Shown here one piece after another: positions 1-13,600 of a stretch of 64,000 bases of DNA. The position numbers were made by a program, and so were the translations under genes. The number at the start of each line of letters is the position of its first letter. Position 1 is the stretch's first letter. The notes under the pieces were generated by a model, which ran no database searches, was not told the DNA's origin, and saw only the letters and a program-made list of their open reading frames with translations. The DNA is from Felis catus. Taxonomy: Eukaryota. The DNA lies in assembly GCF_018350175.1 (NCBI RefSeq), contig NC_058368.1, positions 20,896,001-20,960,000 of the forward strand, written 5' to 3'.

Positions 1-299
1 AGACCCATAAATACAGAAAAGAAACTGTTGGTTGCCAGGGCGGAGGGGGGTGGAGGATGGGCAGAAGGGGTAAAGAGGAGTGGAAGACACAAGCTTCCAG
101 TTATGGCATCCAAAAGTCATTGGGATAAAAGATACCACACAGGGAGCACAGTCAAAGGTATTGTAATAGTGCTCTATGGTGACAGATGGTGGGTACACTT
201 GTGAGAACAGCATAACATATAGACTGGTTGAATCACTATGTTAGATGCCTGAAATTAATGTAACACTGTGTGTCAAGTATATTTCAATAAATAAATAAG
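1..299 (+). mobile_element. L1 3' end (L1MA9/L1_Carn-like), truncated by window edge
   Basis: Typical L1 3'UTR (..GGTTGAATCACTATGTTAGATGCCTGAAATTAATGTAACACTGTGTGTCAA..) ending in an AATAAATAAATAA tail. Confidence 0.85.
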
Positions 300-784
300 T
301 ATTGTAATTGAGAAAAGGCATAGAAGTTCTCAGAAAGTCAGAGTGCACTGCTCCTAAACTGATTTGGGGGGATGCAATTAAACTCAGTTTATGCATGAAC
401 GGTCTGTTTGCATTTGAGAAAAAATGCATTTGAATCATGTAATGTTTACAGAAGTTAACAGAGGGCCCTAAATTTTAGATTTCAGTGAGGAAAACTGAAA
501 GGAAAGGAACAGATATTTATTAAGCACTTTATTCTAGGCGCTGTGCTCAGGGCCTTCACATGTATTGTCTAAGTGTTCCTACCAACCTGGTTAGAAGAAT
601 GTTCCTTCCTCCCTTTCTATTTTTTCTCCTCTCGTCTTCCTGAATGATGGATGGGAGCGGTGTGGTTCACTGAATTTGGAGGTTTATAATCCTGTCTCCC
701 TGGGACGTGTGAAGAAATGCCGGGCTCCTGTTCTGACCTGTTAGAAGCCATGATGGTTGGCCCCAGCCCCAATACTACATAAAT

Positions 785-936
785 GTAAAATGAATTTTAA
801 TAATATATTTTATTTAATCCAATATGTCCAAAATATGGTCATTTTGATATACAGAGAATAGGAGAATATTGATGAGCCATATTACACTCATTCTATATAC
901 TAATCTTCAAACTCTGGTGTATTTTACATTTGCAGC
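785..936. mobile_element. hAT-Charlie MITE fragment (MER33-like)
   Basis: AATTTTAATAATATATTTTATTTAATCCAATATGTCCAAAATAT...GGTGTATTTTACATTTGCAGCA resembles the MER33 interior. Confidence 0.65.
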
Positions 937-1304
937 AAGCTTTTAGGAAGAGGCGTGCTGAGTCAGGAAGGTAACCCCTGGCCAGCTGGGAAACCTGGGT
1001 CCCAATGCTAACTGTGCTCCAACCTTCTAAGTTAGGAGAGGATCCCAAGCACCTGGCAACCAGCCTCATGCAGAGTGAGTTTGGGCAAGTCAAACCATGT
1101 CTTTAAACCTTACATTCTTCCAGAAAGCCAAATTGGGAGAATAAAAAGGCCCACAGGCAGACTTCAAACGAATCATCCTTGTTTTCAAATTTGTTCAAGG
1201 GCCCAAATGTGGTGACAGGCCCTTAAACCAACGAAAATCCTATCCCGATCACATGCTGAGGTTGCCAGGGTCTGTTTGGAGCAAGCAGGGAATCTCTGTG
1301 ATCT

Positions 1305-1640
1305 GCATTCATTTATTCTTTCCTACAAGCATCTGATGGGCACCTGCTCTGTGCCAGGCGCTATTCTAGGTTCTGGGGAAACAGATATGAATAGAGTCTT
1401 GTCCTCAAAGAGGCATGTGTGGGAGGGTGCCATAATCAAGGTCTGGAGCCCCACCACTGAGTAAGAACAGGAAGGAGACTTAAAAGTTGCACTGGAGAGT
1501 CAGTGCAGGAAGAATTCACTTCATGCCTCACCTTTCAGTTTGGCTTTTAAGGAGAAGTGAGAAGTAAAAGGTCATTCCAAAGAATGGCTAGGAACAGGGA
1601 AAAACATTCCAGGCAGAAAAAAAAAATGAAGGGTGCTCTA
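1305..1640 (-). mobile_element. L2 3' fragment
   Basis: CATTCATTTATTC...GCACCTGCTCTGTGCCAGGCGCTATTCTAGGTTCTGGGGA matches an antisense L2 3' end. Confidence 0.65.
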
Positions 1641-2694
1641 GGCATCAGTGCATAACCACAGAGATAACGGTCCTTTCTCTGGCTTGGGATGCAGGGGGAA
1701 GGGTGGTGGAAAGTCCTGTTTCTCATCATGGTGACGGATGTTAGCATGTGTTTGCCTGCTGGTCAGGTATAGGTGGGACTGGAAAAACCAGAGCCAGAGA
1801 CCGACACATGCCCCTTCCTGACCCTATCCATTCCCTCAAGGTCAAGTTCGTGAGTCAGCTCCTGAGTGAGGCTTCCCCTGGACACCTCAGCCAGCCGTGG
1901 TCACTCCCACCCTTAATGATAAGGATAGCATAGCCTTGACCGTCCGGTATGCTGTCCCCCACGAGACAGGCAGTTTATTGATAGTGTTGTGTTCTTAAAC
2001 ACCTGGCAGTGCCCTTCACAAAGGGAATGCCCAGTAAATCTTGTTAAATCAATTTCAGAAATTCAAAAAAATGTATTGAATACTGAGTTCACAGTAACAG
2101 TCAATAGGTACTCTTGATATATTTATGTTTGTACTTAACTCATCCCTGCGGCACAAAGTGAAGGCTTGGTGACTTATCTGCCGCATGGAGCATCTTAACC
2201 TACAAGTCTAGTTTCCAACTCTGAGCCAATTTTATATTTTATGATAGCTGTGCCAAGTTTCAGCCAACTGGATGACTTAGCAGTACTTACCAAAGAGTCT
2301 AGCATTTGTGGATATTATTCCATTCACACTCATCCTGCTCTGTCTCTGTCAGGCAGGCACACTGCACAGGCTTGCTCTGACCGTGAAGTGGGATACTGCA
2401 TTTGAAAGTGCTTTGCAAAACAGAATGTGCTCTTGCTGCTGGTATCCCAGAATCCAGGGCTATGGGGAGTTGGACTCCCACTTGATATGGGTTTTCTTAG
2501 AAACCTAATGTTGGTGATGGTTCGAGGTGCCACCTTCTCCCTCGAGTAGGCATCCTACAGCTCCATGACTAAGGTTTGAAGTTACGTTCAATGGTTGGAA
2601 TAGGAAGTGACGGACTCTGCTTTCCCCTAAACCCAGGAGGAAGACAACCCCACCTTCTGGACACACACGAAGAACCAGCCAGAGGTGTGCCTGA

Positions 2695-2880
2695 CCCTGA
2701 GGCAGGTGCTTTGCATTCATTATCTCTGATGCTTCTAATAAACTAAGAGGGAGTTAGTAAGGTTTCTCCTTTACAAATGAAAAAGTGATGCCTGGGAGTG
2801 GTCCGAGACTTGCCTAAGGCGCCACAGATACTTAATGGTGGAGCCACGTTATTAATTAAAGTCCGAATTACTCCAAAGCA
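2695..2880 (-). mobile_element. MIR
   Basis: TTTACAAATGAAAAAGTGATGCCTGGGAG...GACTTGCCTAAGGCGCCACAG resembles the antisense MIR core. Confidence 0.65.
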
Positions 2881-3259
2881 CCTTTCTTTTTGTGACGCAG
2901 AAGCCTCTGGACTATTACTTTCCAGAATCTTTAAAATGAGTTGAATAATACCTTCCTTGCTTACCTAATAGGAATGCAGTGAGCGTCAAGATAATGAAAG
3001 TAGCTTTTCTTGGCAATAAAATGACATACATCATGGTAAGAGTACTAACAGCAATAATAATGGTTATCTAATACTTCACCCTTTCCACAGCACTTCTGTG
3101 TATATCCTACATAAGACAAGATGATGTTCTCTGGTCCATAAAAAAATATTCTTATGGTTACAGCCATTGGAATCCCTAAATGTATTTACCTGAGGAAAAG
3201 AAAATCCCCTCCTCCACCTTCCAGGGAAGCAACATAATGGGAAGGTCAACGACACAAAC

Positions 3260-3425
3260 CCTGGAGTTAGACTCTGCCCTTACTGGGCTGGGTGACTTCC
3301 TGCACCAGTTACTTAACCTCTCCTTGGTAGATAAATATAGAGCTTCCCTTGTGGGTTGATTGGACATTAAAGGAAACATTGCATGTGGAGCCCATAGTAA
3401 GCGCTCAGTAGATGTTAGCGATAAT
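3260..3425 (+). mobile_element. MIR
   Basis: AGTTACTTAACCTCTC and CATAGTAAGCGCTCAGTAGATGTTAGC match the MIR core and 3' end. Confidence 0.7.
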
Positions 3426-4776
3426 TACAGGGATGCTAAACAGCACTGCTGGGCTTTTTCTGTGGGTGAGACATCTCCAGTCACCTCCTTTTCCTCCTCC
3501 ACTCCTCCCAAACCTCACGGAGCCTGTCTTCATTCCTTTTCAATTTGGTGGCAATAGCAAGCCAATAGCTCATTTTCAAAAGCAATAACCTCATGATTGA
3601 GCCTTAAGAGTTTGCTGCTTTCATATGTTAATCAGATTGTTCTCCTCCCCTATGTCCATTAAAAAGTGATATATTTTTATGTATTATTTTGCTGGACAGC
3701 AAATATGCACATTTTCCTGTCTGACTCCATCAATCACGTTGTTGCTGATCTGATGAGACTCCCACTGGGGAGTTGGGCAGTAATTTACTCCTCACCACCA
3801 TATCCAGCTTAGTCTCCAATGTATCTACTGAGGATACATGTGTCTACTAATCTGGAAAGGGATTTGGGCTCAATATTTAAGGAATTATTACCTATGAGGG
3901 ACTGCACTAATGGAAAAACAAATTGGGGGGACAGAGACAAAAAAGCCTAAAAAGCAAAACAAAATTTGTAGAGTGAATGCGTAGTAGGTCTTCAGTTTTG
4001 ACTCTTACGAAATGCCTCCTGATTAACTGAGAATGGAGCTCTGTCCCGGAAATCAATACTTCCCCCCGCTTTTTTCCACAAAGAGTCTGGAGACGAGGAT
4101 GGACATCACACAGACATTGTTATACAAGAAATGTCAAAGCTTCATTGCAACACTTCAATGGGCTGACAGATCCATCCAGCCCAGCACTATATGGGGAGAA
4201 ATTGGGGAAAAGCCAAAGGCCCTGCACGGGAAAATGGGGGCAGTTGGTCACAATGTGGTGGTGGTTGGGGGGGGGGGGTGTTCCCGAGAGGGAGAGAAAG
4301 CATGAGAAAGCAAAGAGAAAGACTGAGGACAGGAAAAGTAGCCAGGAGACTTTTAACACCAGGAATGCCAGTCACTGCTGCAATATAAGCCCCCTCCAGT
4401 TCCCCCAAACCTTCAGGAAAGTCTTACGTGAATAAATTTTCTTCTGGGTTTTTGTCTTCGAAGGAAATCATGGAAAAGGATACAGTCTGTGCTACGGCCA
4501 GTGGCAAAGGAGAACAGGACAAACAGCCAAAAGGCAGAACAGGACAACAAGATGCAGTGAAGACTGGACGTTGGAGTCAAGTATGATTGAGAGATGTACC
4601 CTCCTCAGACATTTGTAGAAACCTCAGCGTGGATGTTGGGCTTTTCACAAGACTTGGGATGGAGATGGTCTCCCCTTAAGGACAGTGTATCACCAGCAAA
4701 CATCTAAGCTGCAACCCCATAGATGGAAACAACTTGCCCACTGAAAATTGAGAATTTCACAGAAGCTTTGACATTT

Positions 4777-4987
4777 TTTTTTTAATGTTTACTTATTTTT
4801 GAGAGAGACAAAGAGACAGAGCGCAAGTAGGGGAGGGGCAGAGAGAGAGGGAGACACAGAATCCAAGTAGGTCCCGGGCTCCGAGCTATCAGCACAGAGC
4901 CTGACGCGGGGCTCAAACCCACAAACTATGAGATCATGACCTGAGCCAAAGTCGGACGCTTAACCGACTGAGCCACTCAGGCGCTCC
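4777..4987 (-). mobile_element. Can-SINE (SINEC_Fc-type)
   Basis: Antisense tRNA-derived head, (GA)n body and T tail; perfect 15-bp TSD GAAGCTTTGACATTT at 4762-4776 and 4988-5002. Confidence 0.97.
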
Positions 4988-5287
4988 GAAGCTTTGACAT
5001 TTCTCACACGACAATTTCAAGACAATGTTCATCCTAGTCCACTCTCCCTAGTGGTCACCTAAATCAGCTTATGTTTTTCCAAATATGGAAGAAAACCTAA
5101 GGAGGGTCCCCATCCAGGTGTAGCGAGAATGCCGATAACGATCAGAGAGAGTGTTTATGTAAATTATCAAATGATTCCAGCGCTGTTGATTCTGCCATAA
5201 GCCTCCTTAATCATAAATAAGAAAGCCAAGATGCAAAGAAGGACACATGTCATCAATTTTACTCTGAAGGAAAGCAAAGACACTTAC

Positions 5288-5382
5288 ATTAAAAGGAGCG
5301 ACAGGATTTCTACAGTAACTTCGGAAACTCTCAGAGCTGCCATCAAAAATCCTTGATGAATTACTCCAGTTGGATGGGAGTT
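5288..5382 (-). other. candidate spliced exon (95 nt), gene unknown
   Basis: Minus strand: acceptor cctttcgacctttccccacgcag, donor AAT|gtaagt; open in two frames; lies in repeat-free sequence; no recognised homology. Confidence 0.25.
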
Positions 5383-6565
5383 CTGCGTGGGGAAAGGTCG
5401 AAAGGATAGTTTTTGTTAAAGTCTGCCCCAGACTGACGTTGACAGCCGCTAGCAAAGCTCTGCTGTCAGCTGGGAGCTAACTTGCCAGAACGCACCTGCC
5501 TCTGTGGTCCTGTTAGTAATGGCCAGTGAGACGGGCTGGGATGGGACTTCCAACATCAAAATTGTGGAAAAGGCTCAGTCCCTTACCTGGACACTCTAGG
5601 GCTGGAAGTGTGATGTGGAGACAACAGACAATATAACTTTGCACCGCCGTAAGTAACAAATACTAAATTTGAGCCCTTGAAAAATGGAAAAATCTATACG
5701 ATTTCCCAGCGTTCTTTTAATGAGATTATTATAACTTGTTAAAGTTATTTTCCATATGGTAATCTTATTAGTAAAAAAAAAATCTGGAAAAGTTGTCTTG
5801 GGTTTCCTTACAAATTACACGGCTTATATTTTATGGCTGTGAGGTCATAGCTGTGAAATATCCCCCTTTGACAACTTGACTATGATGTATGCTGTTATAT
5901 TTCAGTAGCTCGGGGTGATTTTTCAGCTGGATGAAAAGTTCATTCCATTCCATCACTGCTGATATCATCTTCATTTCCATTCCACCCATGAAACTCAAAA
6001 ACGCCAGAGATTTGGAGACACTACTTGCAACCAGTTGCAAATGGTAGAGACTGATGAGATGATAAAAGAAATGAAGTACAGAGGCATTTTTATACGGCCC
6101 AATAGTAACAATTAAAATGCCTTGCATTCATTATGGGTGGCTCAGCTCTTTGATAGGGTAAGAGTCTCACATATGGGGAGACATTAAATAGCTGCTACTG
6201 CCTCCCTCCTCCTTCCTCTTCCCTTTGCCACCCCAACACCACCACAGTTGGCCACCAGCCCTGATGTTCTGAGATGGCCACAGAGGATTATGATGGAGCA
6301 TCCTGGCAGCAGTGGATGTTTTAGGAATATAGTAAAGAAGATAGCAGTTGGCAAATAGCACTGGAAAATCTCTTCCTATACATTTGCCCAGTAAAATCTA
6401 TGGTTTGAGGTAATTTCAGATTATTCTTTTGAACCAGAGGCAAAGAAATACACATAGAGATAATCACTGTGGCTTTATTTTATAATAGCTGGAAGGGCTT
6501 GGGGGAAGGAGACAATCCAATGGGGCTGGATTCGATAAATGATTAAATACATTATGTTGTAGTTA

Positions 6566-7878
6566 CAGGCATCCCCCACTTTTTGAAATCTTGCATTATG
6601 TCACTTTGCTCTGCAAAAGACAGACACATGAAAAGATACTCAACATCACTCATCATCGAGGAATTACAAATCAAAATCATGATGAGATGTCACCTCACAC
6701 CTGTCGGGATTGCTAAAATTAACAACATGGAGACAACAAACGTTGGTGAGGATGCAAAGGGGAACCCTTTTACACTGTTGGGAATGCGAACTGGTGCAGC
6801 CACTCTGGAAAACAGTATGGAGGTGCCTCAAAAAGTTGAAAATAGAACCACCCTATGACCCAGTAATCTCACTATTAGGTGTTTACCCAAAGGATACAAA
6901 AATACTAATTTGAAGGAGTACAATTCACCCCAGTGTTTATAGCAGCACTATCAACAATAGCCAAATTATAGAATGAGCCCAAACATCCATCGACTGATGA
7001 ATGGATAAAGAAGATGTGGTATATCTATACAATGGAATATTACCCAGCCATCAAAAAGAATGAAATCTTGCCATTTACAATGACATGGATGTAGCCAGAG
7101 TGTATTATGCTAAGTGAAGTAAGTCAGAGAAAGACAAGTATCATATGATTTCACTCATATGTACAGTTTAAGAAACAAAACATATGAACATAGGGGAAGG
7201 TGGAAAAAGGAGGAGGAAAGCAAACCAGAGGAGACTCTTAACTACAGACAATAAACTGAGGGTTCCTGGAGGGGAGGGGGCAGGGGATGGGCTAAATGGG
7301 TGATGGGCATTCAGGAGGACACTTGTGATCAGCACTGGGTGTTATATGTAGGTGATGAATCACTACATTCCACTTCTGAAACCAATATTACACTATATGT
7401 TAACTAGATAAAACTTAAAAGAAAAAAATCTACATTGGGACTTGTTTTCGCTTGAGGGTAAGAAATCCAAAGAGAACTTTCACTTCCAATGCCAAAAAGG
7501 CAAAAAGCAAAAACAGGGCTCTGCATTTGTTCGGCAGGTCGCCCTTACAGAGCCAGCACATGCTCTCAGCAGCTGGAGCGGCACGACCAAGCTCCCTCCC
7601 CAGGAACTGCACTCAGCGTCACAGACAGCCACCAGAGCCGTGAACACCCATGAGCACCTGTGCTTGAACTCCATTCATGTTGTGCTTCTATTAGCAACAT
7701 ATGTCCTAAGGTTTCAAAAATGTCTAAGAGAGGTTGGTTTCTTGGGGGGGGGGGGTCTAGATACACTTAAAAAATTTCCATAAACAATAATGGCAATTGC
7801 TTCTTTGCTTTGCACCATTTCAGCTTATGAGAGCTTTCATAGGAACGCTCTACTTTTGCGGACAGCCGGGCAAGCCTG
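6566..7878. mobile_element. non-autonomous TcMar-Tigger-like DNA transposon, interrupted by L1
   Basis: TA|CAGGCATCCCCC... and ...CCGGGCAAGCCTG|TA: imperfect TIRs beginning CAGGC with a TA target duplication. Confidence 0.75.
6620..7427 (+). mobile_element. 5'-truncated carnivore L1 (ORF2 C-terminus plus 3'UTR)
   Basis: Degenerate ORF2 peptide [28 protein letters not shown]; carnivore-type 3'UTR; A-rich tail. Confidence 0.93.
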
Positions 7879-8430
7879 TATACGATAAAATATTGCACAG
7901 CCATAAAATGCATGCCTTAGAATAGTATCTACTGAAAGAGGGAAATGTTCATTACACTATTTTTTTAAACGTAGGTACAGAACCACATATAAATTCCAAA
8001 ATGTGATATGCATATATGATTATAACTATACTAAACAAAATTTTTGTAGTTATCCCAAAATTCTATAATGAACACTTAGAAAATGTAAAAGGCGACATGC
8101 ATAATTTTTTACCCCACAGTTTGATAAATTTTAAAACATATCCCAAGTTTGAACTTTCAAGTTTTAGAACACTGACCACATAGCTGGACTTTTTCTTTAA
8201 TAAAGATTGTCACCAAAAAAAATGTCAGAAAATTACCATGAGAGGAGAAATACTAACAAATGACCATAATATCTGCCATTATGACAAATAGACGCCTTCA
8301 CCATTAGCTTCATTCTAGTCACATCAGACATGTACTTGGGCCTCCTTTTTTAAATGGCAGAGGGTTTTGTGTTTCTTTATTTTTCCCCTTCTTAGGACAC
8401 AGGGAATTAAACCTTTTAAGAAAGGCACAC

Positions 8431-8646
8431 TTTTTTTAAGTTTATTTATTTATTTTGAGAGAGAGAGTGTGTGTGCACAAGCAGGGGAGGGGCAAAGAGA
8501 GAGAGAGGGAGAGAGAGAGTCTGAAGCAGGCTCCGCACTGTCAGCACAGAACCTGACATGGGGCTCAATCCCATGAACCGCGAGGTCATGACCTGAGACA
8601 CAATCAAGAGTCGGACACTTAACCGACTGAGCCACCCAGGTACCCC
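8431..8646 (-). mobile_element. Can-SINE
   Basis: Antisense SINE; TSD AAAGGCACAC at 8421-8430 and 8648-8657. Confidence 0.95.
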
Positions 8647-10478
8647 AAAAGGCACACATTTTAGATCACTTTCTATAAATATAAATATCTACGGCAGGAA
8701 GGAAAGAGTCCTACCCCCAACCTAAACTATTAATTGATAATCTTGTGTTTCTGGGAGGTTCTGATTCTCTGGGGGAAACCTTTCTTAACTTCAGAATGTG
8801 AGATTCCAGCTAAGATAGTCAGTCCTTAACGACTTGGATGCTAATTATCCAGCTTCTCGGTCACCTCAGGTCTGGCTGCCCTTTCTTCCTCCCTTTCAAG
8901 CTGCTGGCAGATTTGGGTCCAGCACAGAATGGGAAGCCCACGAAGCCCAGTGACCATGTCATACAGCAGGTGCCAAGGGCCCGAATCAGTCTACATGCGA
9001 TGGTGAGTACAGACTCTCCTGATGGGATATGTTAGAAAAGGACGGGTCAGAAAGTGCTGGACTAACAAACAAAGGCACTTCCAAGAGGTGGGATCAAGGG
9101 TGTCCCGAAAGAGAGGAGAGGAATCTCACCAATGTGCCCTTAACTTCTGGGTGTATGTAGCGTGGGTTTGAGCCACGTGTTCTTCCATTCCTGTAGTCAG
9201 ACCCTGACACAATGGCGGCGGGAACGTCTAATAGAGTTGACATTTTCTAATGGAGAGGGTCGCTCTGGGCAAAAGGAATGGCCATTAGATGAGTGCACAC
9301 TCCATGCTTAGGTGGTAAGCAGAGGGCGAGAAAAACAGGTGAGAAGTGCACTCCTCATGGTGAGAAGGGGTCTGACCCGAATTTCTGTGCGGGGCCCTCC
9401 CTCTCTTCTGTGCCGGCTCCCAGGGCTGCCCCCTTCAATTTCCTCCCCGAGTCTGCACTCAGTGGAGAGTGGCCATGCTCCAAAGCTCTCCTTTTCCTCT
9501 TTCCCATTAAAACCTCCAAAGCTGCCTCCTCCTATAGCAGTCGTGCTAGAAGAAAAATCTGGTGAACTAATTCCCCCTTCGAGTAGGATGACTAAGAACT
9601 ATTCATGAGGACTTGCTGATGACAAAACAGAGGCCCAAAAGGTTTGAACTACTTGCTCAATGGCGCGTCATGGCCTGGATAAGATCCATGACTCTGTTAC
9701 TTACTGGCCCGGTAATGCTGCGATATGGCCTTAATACAAAGATCTCCATGACACCCACAGTTTTAGCCCAAAGGAGTGGGCTGTTTCCAAAGGCAAATTT
9801 TCAGGCATTCGGGTTCACACGTGAAAAACAAATTTTTTCACCAGCGAATTTTCTGGGCTTTTAGCAAAACCACCTAATCCTACCCTACCTATGTTTAAGG
9901 CTAAACTCGCCACATAAGAATTCAGAATTTACTTTTAGGCACACAACCCATGTATAGTAAATAGGATGATGTAAAAGAGATTGAGCACACAGTGATGGAA
10001 AGGGGTGGGACTACAAGTTGGGGGACTTCTTCAGGCCCTCGCTCTATTGTCTCCCACCTGTGTGACTCTGGGCAAGAAACCCAGGTAGAATGGCTCCGGG
10101 ATGGAAGGAGAGATGATGGAAACTGCGACTAGCACAGAACGTGGACTTTATCCAGTTACGCCACATTATGTACACTCAGTCAGATGTGAACAACCCTTGA
10201 CGTCTGGTAGTTCCAGCCCTGCACCTGAGCAGATGGAGGGGAGTCTTAGCACCTTCATTTTCACATGAAGGCACCTTATAATGACATTCTTATCCTCAGA
10301 GGCTCTGTCCTCCCTGGCCTTTCCTACTTTGGTCTTGAAGCCTCTGCCTTTGCAATATATTCGAATGGTTCAAACTCCTGGTTGAAACCTTCTACTACTG
10401 GTCCTGGACGCCTCCAGACAGGTACCCTAAAACGGTCTGTATCTGTTCCTCTGGGAGATGTTGGCTTTACTTACTCTT

Positions 10479-10692
10479 TTTTTTTTTTTTTAATGTTTAC
10501 TTATTTTTGAGAGAGAGAAAGAATGTGAGCAGGGGAGGGGCAGAGAGAGAGAGGGAGACACAGAATCTGAAACAGGCTCCAGGCTCTGAGCTGTCAGCAC
10601 AGAGCTCCATGCGGGGCTCAAACTCTGGAACAGCGAGATCATGAACTGAGCTGAAGGCGGACACTTAACCGACTGAGCCACCCAGGTGCCCC
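10479..10692 (-). mobile_element. Can-SINE (SINEC_Fc-type)
   Basis: Antisense SINE; TSD GGCTTTACTTA(C/T)TCTT at 10463-10478 and 10693-10708. Confidence 0.97.
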
Positions 10693-10809
10693 GGCTTTAC
10701 TTATTCTTAAGCAACCTCCACAGTCTCCTTTGGTTGTCTTTCACCAATTTGAATTGTTAATATTCGTGTACAAATTTATTCCTTTATAAAATTCATTTTC
10801 TAAGTTGCT

Positions 10810-11100
10810 AATGCTTATTTTTCTGCTTTAAAAAAAAAGTAATACACATTTCCCGTAGAAAATTTGGAAAACAGACAAGAGAATAAAGAAAAATACTAGT
10901 TTCCCACAATCCCACCTCCCAGAGAAGTATATTTCCTTTCAGCCTTTTTTTCTCTGCATATAACATACGTTTAACTCAGTTGGGATACACTTTTATATTC
11001 GGCTTTTTTTTTTCCCTCCACTTATGTTACCACACAGACACTTGGGAACATTCATTAATACAACACTCTTGATTGTTGCAAACCAATATTTAAATCTCCT
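10810..11100 (-). mobile_element. old L1 (L1ME/L1MC-like) 3' fragment
   Basis: AAAAGTAATACACATTTCCCGTAGAAAATTTGGAAAA...CCCACAATCCCACCTCCCAGAG resembles an antisense L1ME 3' end. Confidence 0.6.
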
Positions 11101-13414
11101 GCAGCAATTTTATTGATGTACGCAGAAGGGTGTGCAAGTAAGACTTGGGAAATAGTATAACCTCCCTGGCTCTCAGGTTCCTCATCAATGAAAGAAAAGT
11201 GAACAATACTGAACGTTCCCAGAGATGGAAGGTGGGGGTTGGGAAAAATGGGGGAAGGGTCCCGAACTGATTTCTTTAAAAATGAATCTGAATATGAATT
11301 TGGAGATACACCTTCCCTTCCTGGACTCTGCCACAAGGACCTTACCCATAGGCACTAAGGTCTTGCCAAAATAATTCTAAGAACAAAGATTTGGGGTCTC
11401 TCGTAGATATGGACCCAGGTGACTAAGAAACTAAGACGGGCACAGTTTTGCTCCCAGTGAGTAAAGAATGAACTCTTACTATCAGGGAGACTAATTCCTG
11501 CCATTTCAGACATCATCGAGTGCATCTTTCTGGCACACGAGTTTCATTTTTTACGTAAGGAAAGTAGATAGAATGTGGCATAGCCTGGGTTTCCTTTCAA
11601 ATAGGAGTTTTCCTCTGGAAGGTTTGCTTCCATACTGTTCAACTGTTCTTCTGTTCTTTGGTTTCCCCACTGCAGTAAGTCCGTCTCATCGTTTTGACTA
11701 TTCTTGCTTCAATTTGGTTCATGACTTTTTGCTTTGTTTAGTTAGCATTGTGCTCTCTTTATTTAAACTATCTCCCACTCCAACCATGTTTTGTCTTTTC
11801 TTCTTATTTTGAAACAGCTTCAGAATACTACCAATGAAGACATTTGCCCCCCACTAGGCCTTTTGTTCTGTGCAAAGCTGGAAAAGCACGTCTGGCAACC
11901 ATCTTTTCCCGGTCCCATCATTACCACGATAGGCCTTTTGTGCCGCACTTTGGGACACGCTTGAGCCCAGAAATGCTCTGATGGGGGAAGTGACCTTGGG
12001 CCTTAATTCTTTTCTCCAAAATTTAAAACCCTCCAATTGTACCTGCAAACCAGTAGGAAAATATTTTACCTGAAAGCAGAACATTTCTCCATTTCACCAC
12101 CATTAAAATACCGTTAAACTGGGCTATCACGTTGATGAAAATGCTCCAATATAAATCTGGGGGTATTTCAGTCTAGCTTTTGTGGTAAGTGTCTCCTGGC
12201 AGGTAAGGGAAAGATTACTTGAAAGAAAATGATAGACACAAAAAATATCTCTAGTTTTCCACGGCTGGCAATGAAAGTAGGTAGATCAGATGGGGCCTGA
12301 ATCTTTATACCAAAAGAAGCACTCTTTGGGATTACAAAAGTGTCTCACTAGAAGGCCTCATTTAAAAGCACACATACTTTATGAACCAGTGACAGGCAGG
12401 CACCTGAGACTGGTTTGGGAGCAGATGGAGGTAAAAGTGAGGACAGAGGAGAAGGGGACACGGTCAGACTACAGGACCCAGCCTCAGGAATGGGTCCAGA
12501 GCAGTCACCCAGGGGAATGCATGGCCCAGGGGAGAAAACAGGAACTAAATTCCTAGGGTGGGACCAGCAGAGCATGAGGGTGCATGAGAAGGGGGGAAAA
12601 AAACAACTTCAGAAAGAAAGCCTCCCTCAAAACTCTTCTAGACAGACCTTATTCTCTGAAATGATCTCTGTTATCAAAAGGCTAGAAACATCGGGCTCTT
12701 TCAAGAAAAATGACGACATTCACATTTTCTCAGAAAAACTTGTTTAGATTCTATCCTTTCAGAGCCAGAATATTGTTTAAACGACAGGATGGGATGTACT
12801 CTCACCCCTTTCCCTATTCTATACATTTCTACCTCTTGGGAGCCAGATGCTAAATTGTTTCCAGCCAGTTAATAATGGCTGTGGTAGTGAACCTCCCAGG
12901 AGACCCAAAGAAGGAAACCTGCCTGCATTTCCAGGGCTCTGTTACGTGCATTGGCTGCTGGGTGGATGCAGATTGGTCAAATAAAGGCAGGAAATAAAGC
13001 ATAGAAGTGAATTAGTTCACCGTAAACCAACCAGACAAGGCCCTGAGGTTACGACCTGCTCATCCATGGGCTTGGTGTTCCCAGCAGCATGCCTGGAAAT
13101 GCCTGAATTTGCCATCACTTTGGTTTTGCTGTGAAGGTCAGGCTGAGTCCAATGGCTTGTTGATTACCTCAAGAAGGCATTCCACATGGTGCCATTGACT
13201 CCACTTCTGTTTATCTGGTGCCATCTGCACTCTTTGAGGACCTAGTTGATAGGAAGTGACTAGCTGAGTGCTACAGAAAGTACAAAGATGACTTAGTCAA
13301 GAGCTCTGCCTGGAAAGAACTCCCCAAATAAGGCTCAAGGTAAGATACGAACGTGTGTCGATAGAATAACCTAAGATATTGTATTTTTCGGTTAGTACGT
13401 GGTAATAGTGGTCA

Positions 13415-13600
13415 TCATTGATTGATCCCTTATCCTGTGCCGTGCAATACAGTTCAAGTGTCTGGCCTTTGCAGTTACTTTGTGGAGCAGGTCACACACA
13501 TTTCATACACAGGGAAGCTAAGCTCAGAGAGGTTACACACTTAGTAAGTGACAGAGCCAGGTTTCAAATGCCAGAGCATGTGCTTTTAACACACCACCAC
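13415..13600 (-). mobile_element. MIR
   Basis: GGGAAGCTAAGCTCAGAGAGGTT...AGTAAGTGACAGAGCCAGGTTTCAAA. Confidence 0.7.

Larger units (their letters stand above)
6400..8070 (+). mobile_element. old L1ME-like 3' fragment, split by a Tigger-like element (6566-7878)
   Basis: Joining the flanks gives TAAATACATTATGTTGTAGTTA|TACGATAAAATATTGCACAGCCATAAAA, similar to L1 TAAATTATGGTATATCCATACAATGGAATACTATGCAGCC. Confidence 0.6.

Noticed and set aside
12071..12195. Minus-strand segment with good acceptor and donor
   Set aside because: Stop codons in all three frames from the strong acceptor; no further support
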